Notes: generated by a model not told the origin, from the letters alone. 64,000 nt of DNA from Candidatus Omnitrophota bacterium (GCA_016928875.1 JAFGJY010000019.1:1996-65995), one strand, 5' to 3'. Numbered from the stretch's first letter, positions 29,273-39,765 are shown. Made by a program: numbers and translations.

Positions 29273-29350
29273 ATGAGTAAAATATGTCCAATGCGAACGC
29301 CGAAAGAATGAGTATTATAATCAAGCAGGTCATATTTGCCAAATAGAAAG

Positions 29351-30712
29351 CTAGTGAGAATTATTTCTTGTAAATCTTGTTAATATCAATTCATCAAGGA
29401 CTGTTTTAACGTTTTGGGCGATTAATCTATTTCCTTTTGGCGTGCAATGACCGAATTCACCACCGAAAATATCTATAAAATATGTGACATATCCACCGTT
29501 TGCAACGGCGTCTTTAAAAACCTCTTCATTTGATACAAAATTTACCTGTTCCGGATACAGAAAGTGGTCTTTTATTTCATCTACATCTCTAAGCGGGTAT
29601 TGAAGGGCCACAATCGGAATACCATGTTTTAATGCTTTTTCTTCGATAAGTCGGTAATTCTTTCCCGTATAAGGATTAGAAGATCGTTCCCTGATCTTGC
29701 GGGCACGCAAAAAATATTCCTCAGCGAGTTGGCGCTCATTACGATTTAGCTCAACGGTACCAAGTGCGCCCCATAATTTATCATTGCCTGGCAAATGATG
29801 AAGGCCTTTCTTTAATATATCTTCAGCCTCTTCGTAGTTGCTCTCTCTTAAGTATAGTTCAGCTAATACAAGATAGCCGGATAGACTATCACGTTCAATT
29901 TCTATCATCCGTTTGCCAAGTTGGAAAGATTCATCTTCCAACCCCTTCAACGCTTGCTCATGACCCGGTCTCAATTCCAGAGCTTTTAATAGATTCGTGC
30001 GTGATTCTTCGCGCTGACCGACCCAACGTTGTATTGTTCCTAAATATGCTAAGATATCCGCATTCTCAGAAAAACGCTCCGCACCGATCTCTAGTGCTTT
30101 CAGTGCACGTCTATGGGCATTTAAGGAATCAATGTGGTCAACATATTCGATCAGTTCCTCTGCACTCATGCTGTGTAAAGAAGCTATTTGAGCTGTACTA
30201 AGCTGCTCGGATGTGGTGTTATCAAGCAATAATGGGAACCATTTCAATATTACAGCTCTAGATAGACGATAAAAAGTACGAACAAAATGTACTAAACGTA
30301 GGTTACCATATAAATACCAAGGATCGACTTGTTCCATATTGTCGTTTATCCCCATCATGGTAACAATGATGTCCGGATGGTACTGATCAATATATTCTTC
30401 TAATCGAAGGGCGATCCTTCCTGTTGTTGTACCAACCTCCCCTTTATTAATGACTTTTACCCGTTTCACTGCATCGTTACTATCCATTAGCTGTTGCAAT
30501 ATCCATGGATAAGAATACATTCCGCCCGCTGTGGTCGACTCACCAATACAGAGTATACGAACATCGTTATCATTGTGCTGAAAAGTAATATTACTATGTT
30601 CCTGTATCAGGCTAAAGGTGAACCCTAGCAAACGTAGGAACAGCTCAAGAAGCAAAAGTATTATTAGAAAGGCGAGAAGACTAAAAAAGCACTTTTTACG
30701 ATATTTTATCAT
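29351..30712 (-). CDS. membrane-anchored SGNH-like hydrolase with TPR repeats
   Basis: N-terminal TM; ILCIGESTTAGG (a GDS(L)-like block with Glu); central TPR-like repeats; weak functional call. Confidence 0.35.
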   Translation of the reverse strand: MIKYRKKCFFSLLAFLIILLLLELFLRLLGFTFSLIQEHSNITFQHNDNDVRILCIGESTTAGGMYSYPWILQQLMDSNDAVKRVKVINKGEVGTTTGRIALRLEEYIDQYHPDIIVTMMGINDNMEQVDPWYLYGNLRLVHFVRTFYRLSRAVILKWFPLLLDNTTSEQLSTAQIASLHSMSAEELIEYVDHIDSLNAHRRALKALEIGAERFSENADILAYLGTIQRWVGQREESRTNLLKALELRPGHEQALKGLEDESFQLGKRMIEIERDSLSGYLVLAELYLRESNYEEAEDILKKGLHHLPGNDKLWGALGTVELNRNERQLAEEYFLRARKIRERSSNPYTGKNYRLIEEKALKHGIPIVALQYPLRDVDEIKDHFLYPEQVNFVSNEEVFKDAVANGGYVTYFIDIFGGEFGHCTPKGNRLIAQNVKTVLDELILTRFTRNNSH

Positions 30713-30755
30713 GTTGGATGGGAATTAATATCACGACAGATTTCTTGACAGCTAC

Positions 30756-30820
30756 TTTATAATTCTCCCTTTTTCATATATCTGGACTACGATACAATAA
30801 TGCTCAGGTACCAAAGGAAT
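30756..30820. repeat. about 63-bp remnant copy of an internal segment of the TPR gene 26058..27545
   Basis: tttataattctccctttttcatatatctggactacgatacaataatgctcaggtaccaaagg versus 26325-26387 ttcataattcccctctttttcatatatctgggctaccatataataacactcaggtgccatcgg. Confidence 0.65.
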
Positions 30821-30823
30821 ATT

Positions 30824-32587
30824 TTACCCATTTTTACTTAATTGTTCTTCCATTTGATTACGAAAAAAATCTCTGTATACCTGGCTTCCTGATAATAGTT
30901 GCGCATGAGTACCAACTTCTATTTTCCCCTGATTTAAAAAATATATCCTTTCTGCGTCTTTCACTGAAAACAATCTATGTGAAATAATTATAGTGTTTAA
31001 ACCTTGCCTTTTATCTCGTAAGGCCCGAAATATCTTTTCCTCAGTATGTAAATCTACGGCAGAAGTGGCTTCGTCGAGAATAAGCAAGTCAGGGGCTCTC
31101 ACTATGGCTCTCGCCAACGCGATCCGCTGTTTAAGACCTTGTGATAAACGACAGGCGTCTTCACCGATAAAACTATCATAACCATCGGGCAATTGGCTAA
31201 TATAATCATGCACAGAGGCGATCGATGACGCGGCTTCTATTTCTTTCCGGCTCATTCCTTTTAATCCATAGGTGATGTTTTCGCATATTGAAACATCAAA
31301 TAGAAAAGGTTCTTGAGTAGCAATAGTAATGCGTTTGCGTAATGATGTTAATGTTATGTCCTTCAAGTTTAGCCCGTCTAAAAGTACTTCGCCCGCCCAA
31401 GGCTCGTATAGCCTGATCAATAAGTTCATTAACGTGGTTTTACCACTGCCAGAAGGGCCAACGAGCGCCACCCAGGAGCACCCGGGAACATCTAAATTAA
31501 GCTCGTTAAATATTGGCCGATCTTTCTGATATCCAAATGATACATTTTTAAAAGAGATATCTCTATGTATCGACTTTAATGTTTTTGCACCGGCACTATC
31601 CTTTATCTGTGGTTCTATATCCATGACCTCGAATAATTTATCGAACGATACCGCTTCCTGAATAAGATACCCGAATCTGTCCCCCATAGCCTTGAATAAA
31701 CAACCAAGTTGAGTCAAATAAAGCATTACTGCTGTATAGCTGCCGATGCTTATTTTATTATCAATTATGAGCATGCCTCCATAAAACGCAACTCCGCCAA
31801 ATATAGCTTTGGATAAAATAGAAGAACCCACAGAGTTAATGATTGACCAACGAAAGCTTTTGATCCCCCATCGAATATTTTTGATCAAATGTTTTGTGTA
31901 TGTTCGCCTTTGAAAAGACTCGAGGCCAAAAGCCTTAACGATCAGCATCTTGGAGAAACCTTCGTGAATGATGTGGGCCAACTGTGCACCATGCTTCCAA
32001 ACTTCCTCATAAAGTGGCTTCAATTTATTCTGCAGATATATATTGGGAATTATAAATAGAGGACATACAATCAGGAAAAATATAGTCATCCGAAGATCGA
32101 TCCATAATGAAATTACTAATATGATCGAGATCTTGCAAACATCAATCAAGAAAGATGGGCACTGTTCAAGTATAATATTGCAAAGTGTCTCCGTATCAGA
32201 AAGTCTGAATATATTTTCGCCTATTGATTTTGACCGAAAATATTCAAGATCCAGGGAGAATAACTTCTTAATATACTTATCTGCGATATTAAGTCTTATC
32301 TTTATTGATATCCTATTTTTTATGACATCTCGCATAACACCCACAAACATGCTAAAGAGAAATACTATCACTCCGACAACGGATATATCAAGAAATGTAT
32401 CTATATCTTTAGTTAAAAAAGCCTTATCTATGAACAACTTTGAAATTAATGGCCCCACCAAATAGAATATTGAATTGACCAATCCAAATAAGAACAAGAT
32501 GATAATATTTCTCTTGTAAGCGTAGAACACTTTTAAGATGCGATGTGTTGTATTTACTTTATTCTGTTTTGCTAATGTGCAATTCAT
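30824..32587 (-). CDS. ABC exporter, fused permease/ATPase (type I exporter; no C39 peptidase domain)
   Basis: 6-TM N-terminal half; Walker A GPSGSGKTT, LSQGLKQRIALARA, Walker B LILDEATSAVD. Confidence 0.85.
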   Translation of the reverse strand: MNCTLAKQNKVNTTHRILKVFYAYKRNIIILFLFGLVNSIFYLVGPLISKLFIDKAFLTKDIDTFLDISVVGVIVFLFSMFVGVMRDVIKNRISIKIRLNIADKYIKKLFSLDLEYFRSKSIGENIFRLSDTETLCNIILEQCPSFLIDVCKISIILVISLWIDLRMTIFFLIVCPLFIIPNIYLQNKLKPLYEEVWKHGAQLAHIIHEGFSKMLIVKAFGLESFQRRTYTKHLIKNIRWGIKSFRWSIINSVGSSILSKAIFGGVAFYGGMLIIDNKISIGSYTAVMLYLTQLGCLFKAMGDRFGYLIQEAVSFDKLFEVMDIEPQIKDSAGAKTLKSIHRDISFKNVSFGYQKDRPIFNELNLDVPGCSWVALVGPSGSGKTTLMNLLIRLYEPWAGEVLLDGLNLKDITLTSLRKRITIATQEPFLFDVSICENITYGLKGMSRKEIEAASSIASVHDYISQLPDGYDSFIGEDACRLSQGLKQRIALARAIVRAPDLLILDEATSAVDLHTEEKIFRALRDKRQGLNTIIISHRLFSVKDAERIYFLNQGKIEVGTHAQLLSGSQVYRDFFRNQMEEQLSKNG

Positions 32588-33015
32588 TTATTATCTCGTA
32601 CTTTCTTCCGAATAATACCATGCAACGGTTTAAATAGTGTAAGCAAGGGTGCTAATTCTACTATCGCCCGATTAATATATCTGTATCTGCGCTTCGTAAG
32701 ATCGATCATTGTATCATTTTTCAAAATCCCTACCACTTTACCTAATAACATTTCGTTAGTTATACATTCAGGCGCCGACGGAGAATTGTCCCCGCGGACA
32801 TAAAGATGGCTTTTTTTTGCGTCTAGGGACCTTCTTATTAAGCGATGGCAAACCATTTGATCGTTTATTCGATACAATATGATATCGCCGATCACTAGGT
32901 CCTTGAGAGACACTTTTTTGATCAGCAACTTTTGTCCTTGCCTCACAAATGGCCACATACTAAAGCCAATGGCATCAATAAAAATAATATTCTGAAAATC
33001 TCTATTTAAGCCCAT
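32584..33015 (-). CDS. S24/S26-family (signal peptidase I-like) serine peptidase
   Basis: 143 aa; nucleophile motif IGFSMWP (GxSMxP) and GDIILYR...VCHRLI block. Confidence 0.55.
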   Translation of the reverse strand: MGLNRDFQNIIFIDAIGFSMWPFVRQGQKLLIKKVSLKDLVIGDIILYRINDQMVCHRLIRRSLDAKKSHLYVRGDNSPSAPECITNEMLLGKVVGILKNDTMIDLTKRRYRYINRAIVELAPLLTLFKPLHGIIRKKVRDNK

Positions 33016-33024
33016 AATATAATA

Positions 33025-34791
33025 TCACCTAAACTCTATCTGCGAGCTAAAGACACGCTTAAAGTTCTCGGATGCAGCTGTTAACTCTTGCGCTCCGATC
33101 GTCTCGACGGTCCGCGGGTCTACGATCAGCATGATCTTCTCACAATGACGGATAGCTGACAATCGATGCGAAATAACGACAATAGTCGCACTCGGTATCA
33201 GTTGCCGTACATTGGCAAATATATCCGCTTCGGTTGCACTGTCAACGGCGGAGAGCCCCTCATCCATAATTAGAAATTCCGGCTTTTTCAGTAATGCCCG
33301 CGCCAGCGCAATACGCTGCTTTTGTCCTTGCGATAGCTTCACCCCTTCTTCACCGATCATCGTCTTATACCCGTCCTTAAGCCCCGTTATGAATGTATGT
33401 ATCTCACTCATACGACATACTTCTTCGATATCAGAGAACGATGCTGGCAAATGTCCGAAACGCACATTATCCTCAATAGAACTGTTCATAAGAAGCGGTT
33501 GTTGCATTACCATTGCGGCTTTTTCATAGAATGATTTTTTATTAAGGCACCTAAGGTCATTATCACCGATCATGATCGAACCCTCTTGCGGAGATAACAA
33601 ACCAAGCAATAAATATGCTAATGTGGTCTTGCCACATCCGGAATGTCCGACGATCCCCAATGACTCGCCGGGCTGTATCGAGTAGTCGATGTGCTCTAAT
33701 ACCGATTTTCCTGCGCGATACGCGAACGACACATGTTTGACCCTTATTGTCTTATCCAGTAGCGAATCTATCAAAACGCCTTTCTCTGTTGTGACTATGT
33801 TATGTTCATCATGTGCCATGATCTCATTGACCCGTTTGCAGCTTGCCGCTGTAACGACGAGCCTCCGTAACATGAAGGAAACGTGAGACTGTAGCGATAC
33901 GATCTGTCCGGCATAGGCAAGTATTGCGCTCAGCGTCCCAAGCGTGATATCTCCCCGAATGACGCGCACGCATGCATAGATACCTATTACACCAACAAGA
34001 CCGCGCGTTATGACATTGTGTGAGATCATGAGAATAAATTCGAAACGTGCTATCTCGATCGATCGGCGTATGTGCGTTACCAGATCACCGATAATGGAAT
34101 GCTTGATGTACCGCTCGCGATTAAATGCCTTAATGAGGAGAACATGTGCGAATAGTTCGCGAACACCCATTAAAATACGTTCAAAGTATTCCCACAATCC
34201 CGTGTGAAGACTGCGGATCTTTTCATGCGTAAGGAAGATCGGCAATGCAATGATCGGAGCGGCTATGATAAAGAACAGCCCGACTGTGCGATCAAGGATA
34301 AATATAAAATAAAATGAGAAGACCATGCGCGGCAACATCTCGACGAATTCGATCGGGATCGATGTCAACGATTCAGAGATCCGGTCAGTATCGAACATGA
34401 TCCTGTTGGTACCCTGGCTGGAATCGTTATCTATATGGAAACTGATGTCGCGTTGCAAATAACAATTTATGACCTTGTGCCGCAACAAAAACGCGACCTT
34501 GTTCTTCACTATGGTTTGATACATTTGCCGCCATTGTGTGGCCAACAGAGACACACCGCTCAATACTGCGCCAGTTATCGCGATCATAAAGAACAATTGA
34601 AAATCCTTTTCCATTATTCCCTTATCGATCCCCTGACGCATAAACATCGGCAAAAGCAACGTTATACATAAGGGGATCATCGAGGCGAAAGAAAGCATAG
34701 CAAGCGCACGTCGATATCGCCTCACGAAAGGAATGAAGCGCAAACATTCGACGAGTGAATCTTTAATGGATACGATCGAGCGTAGGTTCAT
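33025..34791 (-). CDS. ABC exporter, fused permease/ATPase
   Basis: GHSGCGKTT, LSQGQKQRIALARA, LIMDEGLSAVD; 6-TM N-terminal half. Confidence 0.85.
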   Translation of the reverse strand: MNLRSIVSIKDSLVECLRFIPFVRRYRRALAMLSFASMIPLCITLLLPMFMRQGIDKGIMEKDFQLFFMIAITGAVLSGVSLLATQWRQMYQTIVKNKVAFLLRHKVINCYLQRDISFHIDNDSSQGTNRIMFDTDRISESLTSIPIEFVEMLPRMVFSFYFIFILDRTVGLFFIIAAPIIALPIFLTHEKIRSLHTGLWEYFERILMGVRELFAHVLLIKAFNRERYIKHSIIGDLVTHIRRSIEIARFEFILMISHNVITRGLVGVIGIYACVRVIRGDITLGTLSAILAYAGQIVSLQSHVSFMLRRLVVTAASCKRVNEIMAHDEHNIVTTEKGVLIDSLLDKTIRVKHVSFAYRAGKSVLEHIDYSIQPGESLGIVGHSGCGKTTLAYLLLGLLSPQEGSIMIGDNDLRCLNKKSFYEKAAMVMQQPLLMNSSIEDNVRFGHLPASFSDIEEVCRMSEIHTFITGLKDGYKTMIGEEGVKLSQGQKQRIALARALLKKPEFLIMDEGLSAVDSATEADIFANVRQLIPSATIVVISHRLSAIRHCEKIMLIVDPRTVETIGAQELTAASENFKRVFSSQIEFR

Positions 34792-34817
34792 GGGCGTGTT
34801 ATGTACTTATGTGGTTT

Positions 34818-36455
34818 TTAAACATTTAACCTTGAAAATGTAAAGAGGTCATAGACCTTGAATGTCTTTTTTGCCGTTATAGCATAATTGCCATGGTGCT
34901 GCAACAGATCGAGCGGGAGAGCCTGGGAAGCTGTCATATAATAAAATGTCTCTACGCCGCGAGCATTGAACGTAGATAACATATCCGCAAACTCATCATT
35001 GTTCCGGGCAACAAGCATGCGGCGGTCAAAATACTTCAGCCCCGCGTGTTCGAACAATGAGTTCCTGGTAAAGACGATAATATCGCCGTCATCGGTAAAC
35101 TCTTCTATGAACGTTGTCCGTTCCGCATTGAGTTGCTTGAAATATAAGATATCGCAACGGAACCGAAATACAACGCATCCGATGGTCGCAATGCACAAAA
35201 AGATAAAGACCACGAATATGTTCTTTCTTTTAATAATATCTTCGAATCGTATGCCGATCGCGATCATAACAAAGGGGATCATGGGCAGAAGATAACGCAC
35301 ATTATTATCCGGGTTCCTATAAAATAATATTCCGACCAATGTCATGAAGATAATGAAAACGATGAAGAATAGCTTCAATAGCGTGTTCACATCGTACGCC
35401 CCGAAACGTTCTTGATCAGGTCCTTCCGCTTTGACGGCATAAAACCACAACAAGAAGATACTTAATGGATATTCGATGAACACGCGATCGGTCACTGACT
35501 CTTGCAGCAAAAGGACGATATATCCGCTCCACAGAAGTACGCATAAAAGATCGAATGATTGATCGCTCGATGATCTTCTTGAAGTCATTGATAACCAGAT
35601 CCATGTGCCTATAAATGCGATAACGACCACGAGTTTATCGAATTGGATAAAACGCGGCGGCGGATTGCACGTGACATGCAGTCCGAAGATCGTGCCGTAA
35701 AGCCATTGGTTAACTGCGCAATGTAGCCCAACAACAAAGCCCGTGCCCGCAACGATCGCTGCAACCTCCCGCCAGCGTTTCTTTAGAAGGAAGTATAGTC
35801 CCACCGGCCCCAAGAACGCCACGATAAGGCCGTAACATTCGGTCCGGAAGAAGATCGTCAGCGCTATGCATGCAGAACCGGCTACCATATAACGTATTTT
35901 CTTTGGATCATCATAAACAGAGCGTGTAAAGAGATACAGGCCCGTAACAAGAAAAGCAAGCAAAGGCACGTGGTCCCAAAACGTGATCGCGTATAAACTG
36001 GTCGGGTTTACACACACATAGATAATGGTCAGAATAAGGGCGTACTTCGGCTTGAGCAGGCGCATTATTTTATAAAAAAATAAAGCCCCGACCCAGAACG
36101 CGAGTAGGGGGAAAAACAGAACACACCGCTCCCCTAAAAACGGATAGAGAAAACTTGTCATAAAGGGCAATAATACTTGGTAGGAACTTATCAATCGGCC
36201 GTTATGCAATAACCATTTTCGGTGTGTACCTATGAATGTATATTCGGGATCCAGGTCTTTGGCAGGATAAACAAGCGACAACGACTTCCAATCATTGATG
36301 CAAAAACTTCGCATTTGGATGTATTTTATGCCGAAATCATCGGCATATAATCCGTTCGGGACGAAATGGTAACAGAGGACCAGAACGATCCCCAGCAACA
36401 CGAAGAACAACGTTGCATACGCACCCGCATTGAGTGCACCAGTTCTCTCTCTCAT
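34818..36455 (-). CDS. polytopic membrane protein, GT-C-fold glycosyltransferase-like (ArnT/PMT-like)
   Basis: 545 aa with more than 10 TM helices; DD motif (LYADDFGIKY) in the first extracytoplasmic loop as in GT-C enzymes; weak. Confidence 0.35.
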   Translation of the reverse strand: MRERTGALNAGAYATLFFVLLGIVLVLCYHFVPNGLYADDFGIKYIQMRSFCINDWKSLSLVYPAKDLDPEYTFIGTHRKWLLHNGRLISSYQVLLPFMTSFLYPFLGERCVLFFPLLAFWVGALFFYKIMRLLKPKYALILTIIYVCVNPTSLYAITFWDHVPLLAFLVTGLYLFTRSVYDDPKKIRYMVAGSACIALTIFFRTECYGLIVAFLGPVGLYFLLKKRWREVAAIVAGTGFVVGLHCAVNQWLYGTIFGLHVTCNPPPRFIQFDKLVVVIAFIGTWIWLSMTSRRSSSDQSFDLLCVLLWSGYIVLLLQESVTDRVFIEYPLSIFLLWFYAVKAEGPDQERFGAYDVNTLLKLFFIVFIIFMTLVGILFYRNPDNNVRYLLPMIPFVMIAIGIRFEDIIKRKNIFVVFIFLCIATIGCVVFRFRCDILYFKQLNAERTTFIEEFTDDGDIIVFTRNSLFEHAGLKYFDRRMLVARNNDEFADMLSTFNARGVETFYYMTASQALPLDLLQHHGNYAITAKKTFKVYDLFTFSRLNV

Positions 36456-36493
36456 AGAAAGGCATTACTCCAGCGTTTCAGGCTTCCCTGTTT

Positions 36494-36802
36494 TTATGAT
36501 TCGATCAGAAAACCGCTTTGTTTTAACTTTTCAATATGCTCATCAAGGTCTTTCTTTGCCTCGGCTTCACCGACCTCGTATTCATCAAGGATATTCTTTA
36601 AAAGAGTATCGATCGTTACCGGCTGTTCACATCTGTCCCAAATAAACCGTGCTGTTTCATTGATCACGATAAAATTCGCCGTATCCGCATTAAAGAGGAA
36701 TGTCTCATCCCCCTCATCACGCGTCACCACGTTTTCCGCATGTTTTAACTGCTTCTCTGACATGATCGTATTTCCTCCCTCAGCCTTTGTGGGGACAGAC
36801 AC
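36494..36802 (-). CDS. PqqD-family RiPP recognition element
   Basis: 102 aa; FLFNADTANFIVINETARFIWDRCEQPVTIDTLL matches the PqqD core. Confidence 0.7.
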   Translation of the reverse strand: MSVPTKAEGGNTIMSEKQLKHAENVVTRDEGDETFLFNADTANFIVINETARFIWDRCEQPVTIDTLLKNILDEYEVGEAEAKKDLDEHIEKLKQSGFLIES

Positions 36803-36826
36803 CAGTGTCTGTCCATAATGATTTAT

Positions 36827-37294
36827 TTATTCTACTTCACATTGTGCGTGGTCTGTCTTCCTGAGCCGCGCATGCGACAATTTTCTATGCAACCACTTAA
36901 ACGGCGACAATGTCTTGATCCGCGCATATATTTTAGAATTATTCAAGAAAACGAACAATTTCTGTGCCCGCTTTATAAATCTTCCACTATCTTCGATCGG
37001 TATCTCATCTGTGCCGCGGTATGCCGCGATGACCTTCCCTTTTATCTTATCATACGGGACACGGAAGGCATCGGCTTGCACCAGTGTCGAATCCGGTTTT
37101 GTCATCAGTGAACCATCGGGGTTTATCGACAATATCCTATGGGTTATCAACTTCGAATTATCACTGTTTTCAAAGACGACAATATCGCCTATTGCGAACG
37201 TCACATAGTCGGCTTTCTTGATCAACAGCGCATCGCCGATCTTAAGCAGCGGCTCCATGCTGTTACCGATAAGTTTGGCGGACATGTATTTCAT
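36827..37294 (-). CDS. S26-family signal peptidase I-like serine peptidase
   Basis: 155 aa; canonical GNSMEP nucleophile motif, then GDIVVFE and ITHRIL blocks. Confidence 0.65.
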   Translation of the reverse strand: MKYMSAKLIGNSMEPLLKIGDALLIKKADYVTFAIGDIVVFENSDNSKLITHRILSINPDGSLMTKPDSTLVQADAFRVPYDKIKGKVIAAYRGTDEIPIEDSGRFIKRAQKLFVFLNNSKIYARIKTLSPFKWLHRKLSHARLRKTDHAQCEVE

Positions 37295-37360
37295 GGTGAC
37301 ATCTCTGCTTGGCTATGATTACTGCTCATCGTTGGTAGACGCGGCAACTTCGGATACAAT

Positions 37361-37436
37361 GTCTTTCCCGCGAAAGCGGGAATCAAGGTACTTTTATGCC
37401 TAGATCTTGGATAAGCCTTCGGCTTTCCGGGACGAC
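37361..37436. repeat. REP-like nested-hairpin intergenic repeat, family A
   Basis: gtctttcccgcgaaagcgggaa...ggataagccttcggctttccgggacgac; the same architecture occurs at about seven intergenic sites between 47 and 60 kb. Confidence 0.7.
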
Positions 37437-37477
37437 ACTAGGACCGGCCATGGCAATTACGACAATAAACAAGGAAC

Positions 37478-38581
37478 TTAGATACTGACCTTTTTGTATT
37501 TAAACTTCTCCGGAAACAGGCCCAACCTATCCGCTTCCTCGCAAAAATAGAACGGAGCCAAAAGGTCGCCATGGGAATAAAAGGCCTCTGCCCTGCATTT
37601 GCCGAGACAAAAGTTCTTGAACATACACTCCCCGCAGATGCCTTGCAGCTTGCTCGGGAGGTCACTGCGCAATGTTTTCAGTATTGCAGAATCGTGCCAT
37701 ATTTCTTTTAAAGAGCGTTCATGGATCGTGCCCAATAAAAGTTCAGGCGTACTTGCCCCGATACCGCAGATCGACATGCGGCCATCGGCCAAAACCCCGA
37801 GAATATTAAATATTCCACATCGCCCTTTATGCCTGCTTTTGGCCGGGAAGAAAGAGAACACGGGTGGTATGTCGAAGATCATGGCTACCTTTATCTGAGG
37901 CTGGACTTCTTCATCGATCACTTTTTTAATATCCAAATAATCCTTGACCGAAAGAACATCGTTTGAAGCGGCCAAACTTTTTCCGCGTTCAATATCGTTG
38001 ATACAATTGAGCTTCAGACTTGCCGCACCCAGCGACTGCGCCAGACGCGCCGTCTCTAAAATATATCGGACGTTAGGCCGGTAAAGAGACATGATCACCT
38101 GCGGCCTAAATCCCCGCTCGGCACATATTTTTACGCCGCGGCATGCTTTGTCGAATGAACCCGGCACCCCGCGCAACGCTTCGTGTATCTCCGCCGTAGG
38201 ACCGTCGATGCTTATCGAAATATGCGAAAGCTTCATCTCTTTAAAGAAATCTCCCGTCTCATCATCGATCAAAATGCCGTTGGTTTCCATAGTCATATAC
38301 AGGTTCTTTTCTTTGGCATACTTCATGAGCGGTCGTGTATGCAGACTTAAGAGCGGTTCTCCGCCGGTAAATTTTATGCTTTGCAGACCGAGCGGGATGG
38401 CTTGATCGATTATGGTGGTAAAGGTTTCGTACGGAGCTTCCTCCGGCGCTGTCGTTGCATCGAGATATTCAGGGGCTATCCAGCAATGTTTGCACGCACA
38501 ATTACAATACGACGTCATGTAAAAATATAACATGCCAAGTGGCGGAGTATTTGGTGCAAGGTCAAGGACACGTTCGTTCAT
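37478..38581 (-). CDS. radical SAM/SPASM domain peptide-maturase-like protein
   Basis: CNCACKHC, FTGGEPLL, SPASM CGECMFKNFCLGKC. Confidence 0.8.
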   Translation of the reverse strand: MNERVLDLAPNTPPLGMLYFYMTSYCNCACKHCWIAPEYLDATTAPEEAPYETFTTIIDQAIPLGLQSIKFTGGEPLLSLHTRPLMKYAKEKNLYMTMETNGILIDDETGDFFKEMKLSHISISIDGPTAEIHEALRGVPGSFDKACRGVKICAERGFRPQVIMSLYRPNVRYILETARLAQSLGAASLKLNCINDIERGKSLAASNDVLSVKDYLDIKKVIDEEVQPQIKVAMIFDIPPVFSFFPAKSRHKGRCGIFNILGVLADGRMSICGIGASTPELLLGTIHERSLKEIWHDSAILKTLRSDLPSKLQGICGECMFKNFCLGKCRAEAFYSHGDLLAPFYFCEEADRLGLFPEKFKYKKVSI

Positions 38582-39627
38582 AATGTGTTAAAGACCTCCT
38601 CTTTAATGCAATATAATTTTTTGTTCATGAACTTCCCTGGATTATGATATGGTTGACAGCGATGGCCAAGATAACAGAGCCGCAAATATTCACAGTTCAC
38701 ACACTCAGCTATCTCTTCGGCTTGTAGGTAAGCAGGTTCACGGAATTGATTCATCACCGGTGAATTGAGCCAAATATCTTTAAGCGAGGTTTCATAAAGG
38801 TCGCCGGCCACACAATCCCAGATTATCTCGCACGGGACGACTTTCCCGTCGGGACGGATGGCACACTGTTTCATCGCTGCCCCGCAGGGACTGACCATGA
38901 GCGGAAATTCAAATGTTGGCGGTGCCTCGCGTAATTTATCCAAGATCTCGACTTGCGTCATAACAGAACCCGTTATTGCATTTTTATATTTTTTGTTCAG
39001 TTCACGTACAACATCGAGCGATTGAAAGGTTTCTGCCGGCGTCATCAGTATTTGGTCGGAATAACAGGCGGCATTGCCGACATAGCACACATTGTTGAAA
39101 CGAATACTGTTAATGCCAAGCTCGCACGAAAGTTTATACATATTTTCAATATCGTGGTAATTGAATTTGGTCAGGATCGCAGACAGCGTAATGCCCCTCT
39201 TTATGCGTTTGATCTCTTCGATACCGCGGATCACCTTATCGAACGAACCCTGGCCGCGAAACGCGTCATGTACTTCGGCGCACGATCCGTCAATGCTGAT
39301 GCAATATGATCTGATCTTCGAACGTGCAAGCCAATCAGCTTCTTCACGATCGATCAATGTTCCGTTAGTGTTCACGCTTATCGTCAGCGGACATTTCCCC
39401 AGTTCCTCGGCAACAAAATGAAAATGTTCGGACATGAATGGCTCACCGCCGAATATCGAAACACTGAAGATCTTCATATCGCGTATCTGATGAATGATAT
39501 TGAGGAGCATTTCACGAGAAAATTCACGGCAGCCTGTCGTGCTGCTCGCCAGACAGTGCTTACAGGCTAAATTACACTTATTGGTTATACCGAAACTGAT
39601 ATTGTGCGGCGCGCTTAAAGTCTTCAT
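38578..39627 (-). CDS. radical SAM/SPASM domain peptide-maturase-like protein
   Basis: CNLACKHC, IFGGEPFM, SPASM CVNCEYLRLCYLGHRC; translationally coupled to 37478-38581. Confidence 0.8.
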   Translation of the reverse strand: MKTLSAPHNISFGITNKCNLACKHCLASSTTGCREFSREMLLNIIHQIRDMKIFSVSIFGGEPFMSEHFHFVAEELGKCPLTISVNTNGTLIDREEADWLARSKIRSYCISIDGSCAEVHDAFRGQGSFDKVIRGIEEIKRIKRGITLSAILTKFNYHDIENMYKLSCELGINSIRFNNVCYVGNAACYSDQILMTPAETFQSLDVVRELNKKYKNAITGSVMTQVEILDKLREAPPTFEFPLMVSPCGAAMKQCAIRPDGKVVPCEIIWDCVAGDLYETSLKDIWLNSPVMNQFREPAYLQAEEIAECVNCEYLRLCYLGHRCQPYHNPGKFMNKKLYCIKEEVFNTL

Positions 39628-39765
39628 ATGTAAATATTTCCATTCATGGGAGCGAGTGCGGTTTATATTTTAGATAATTTACGTTGGAAGAAACTACTAT
39701 ATTATAATATGATTGAACAATCAATAATTAATTTGCTAATCATTTATATTGAATAAGTTAGCGCT

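Noticed and set aside
30824-34791. Double-glycine leader processing by ABC-transporter C39 peptidase domains
   Set aside because: Neither ABC exporter has an N-terminal Cys-protease domain, and none of the precursors has a GG/GA/GS cleavage motif. S26-type peptidases are the more likely leader peptidases.
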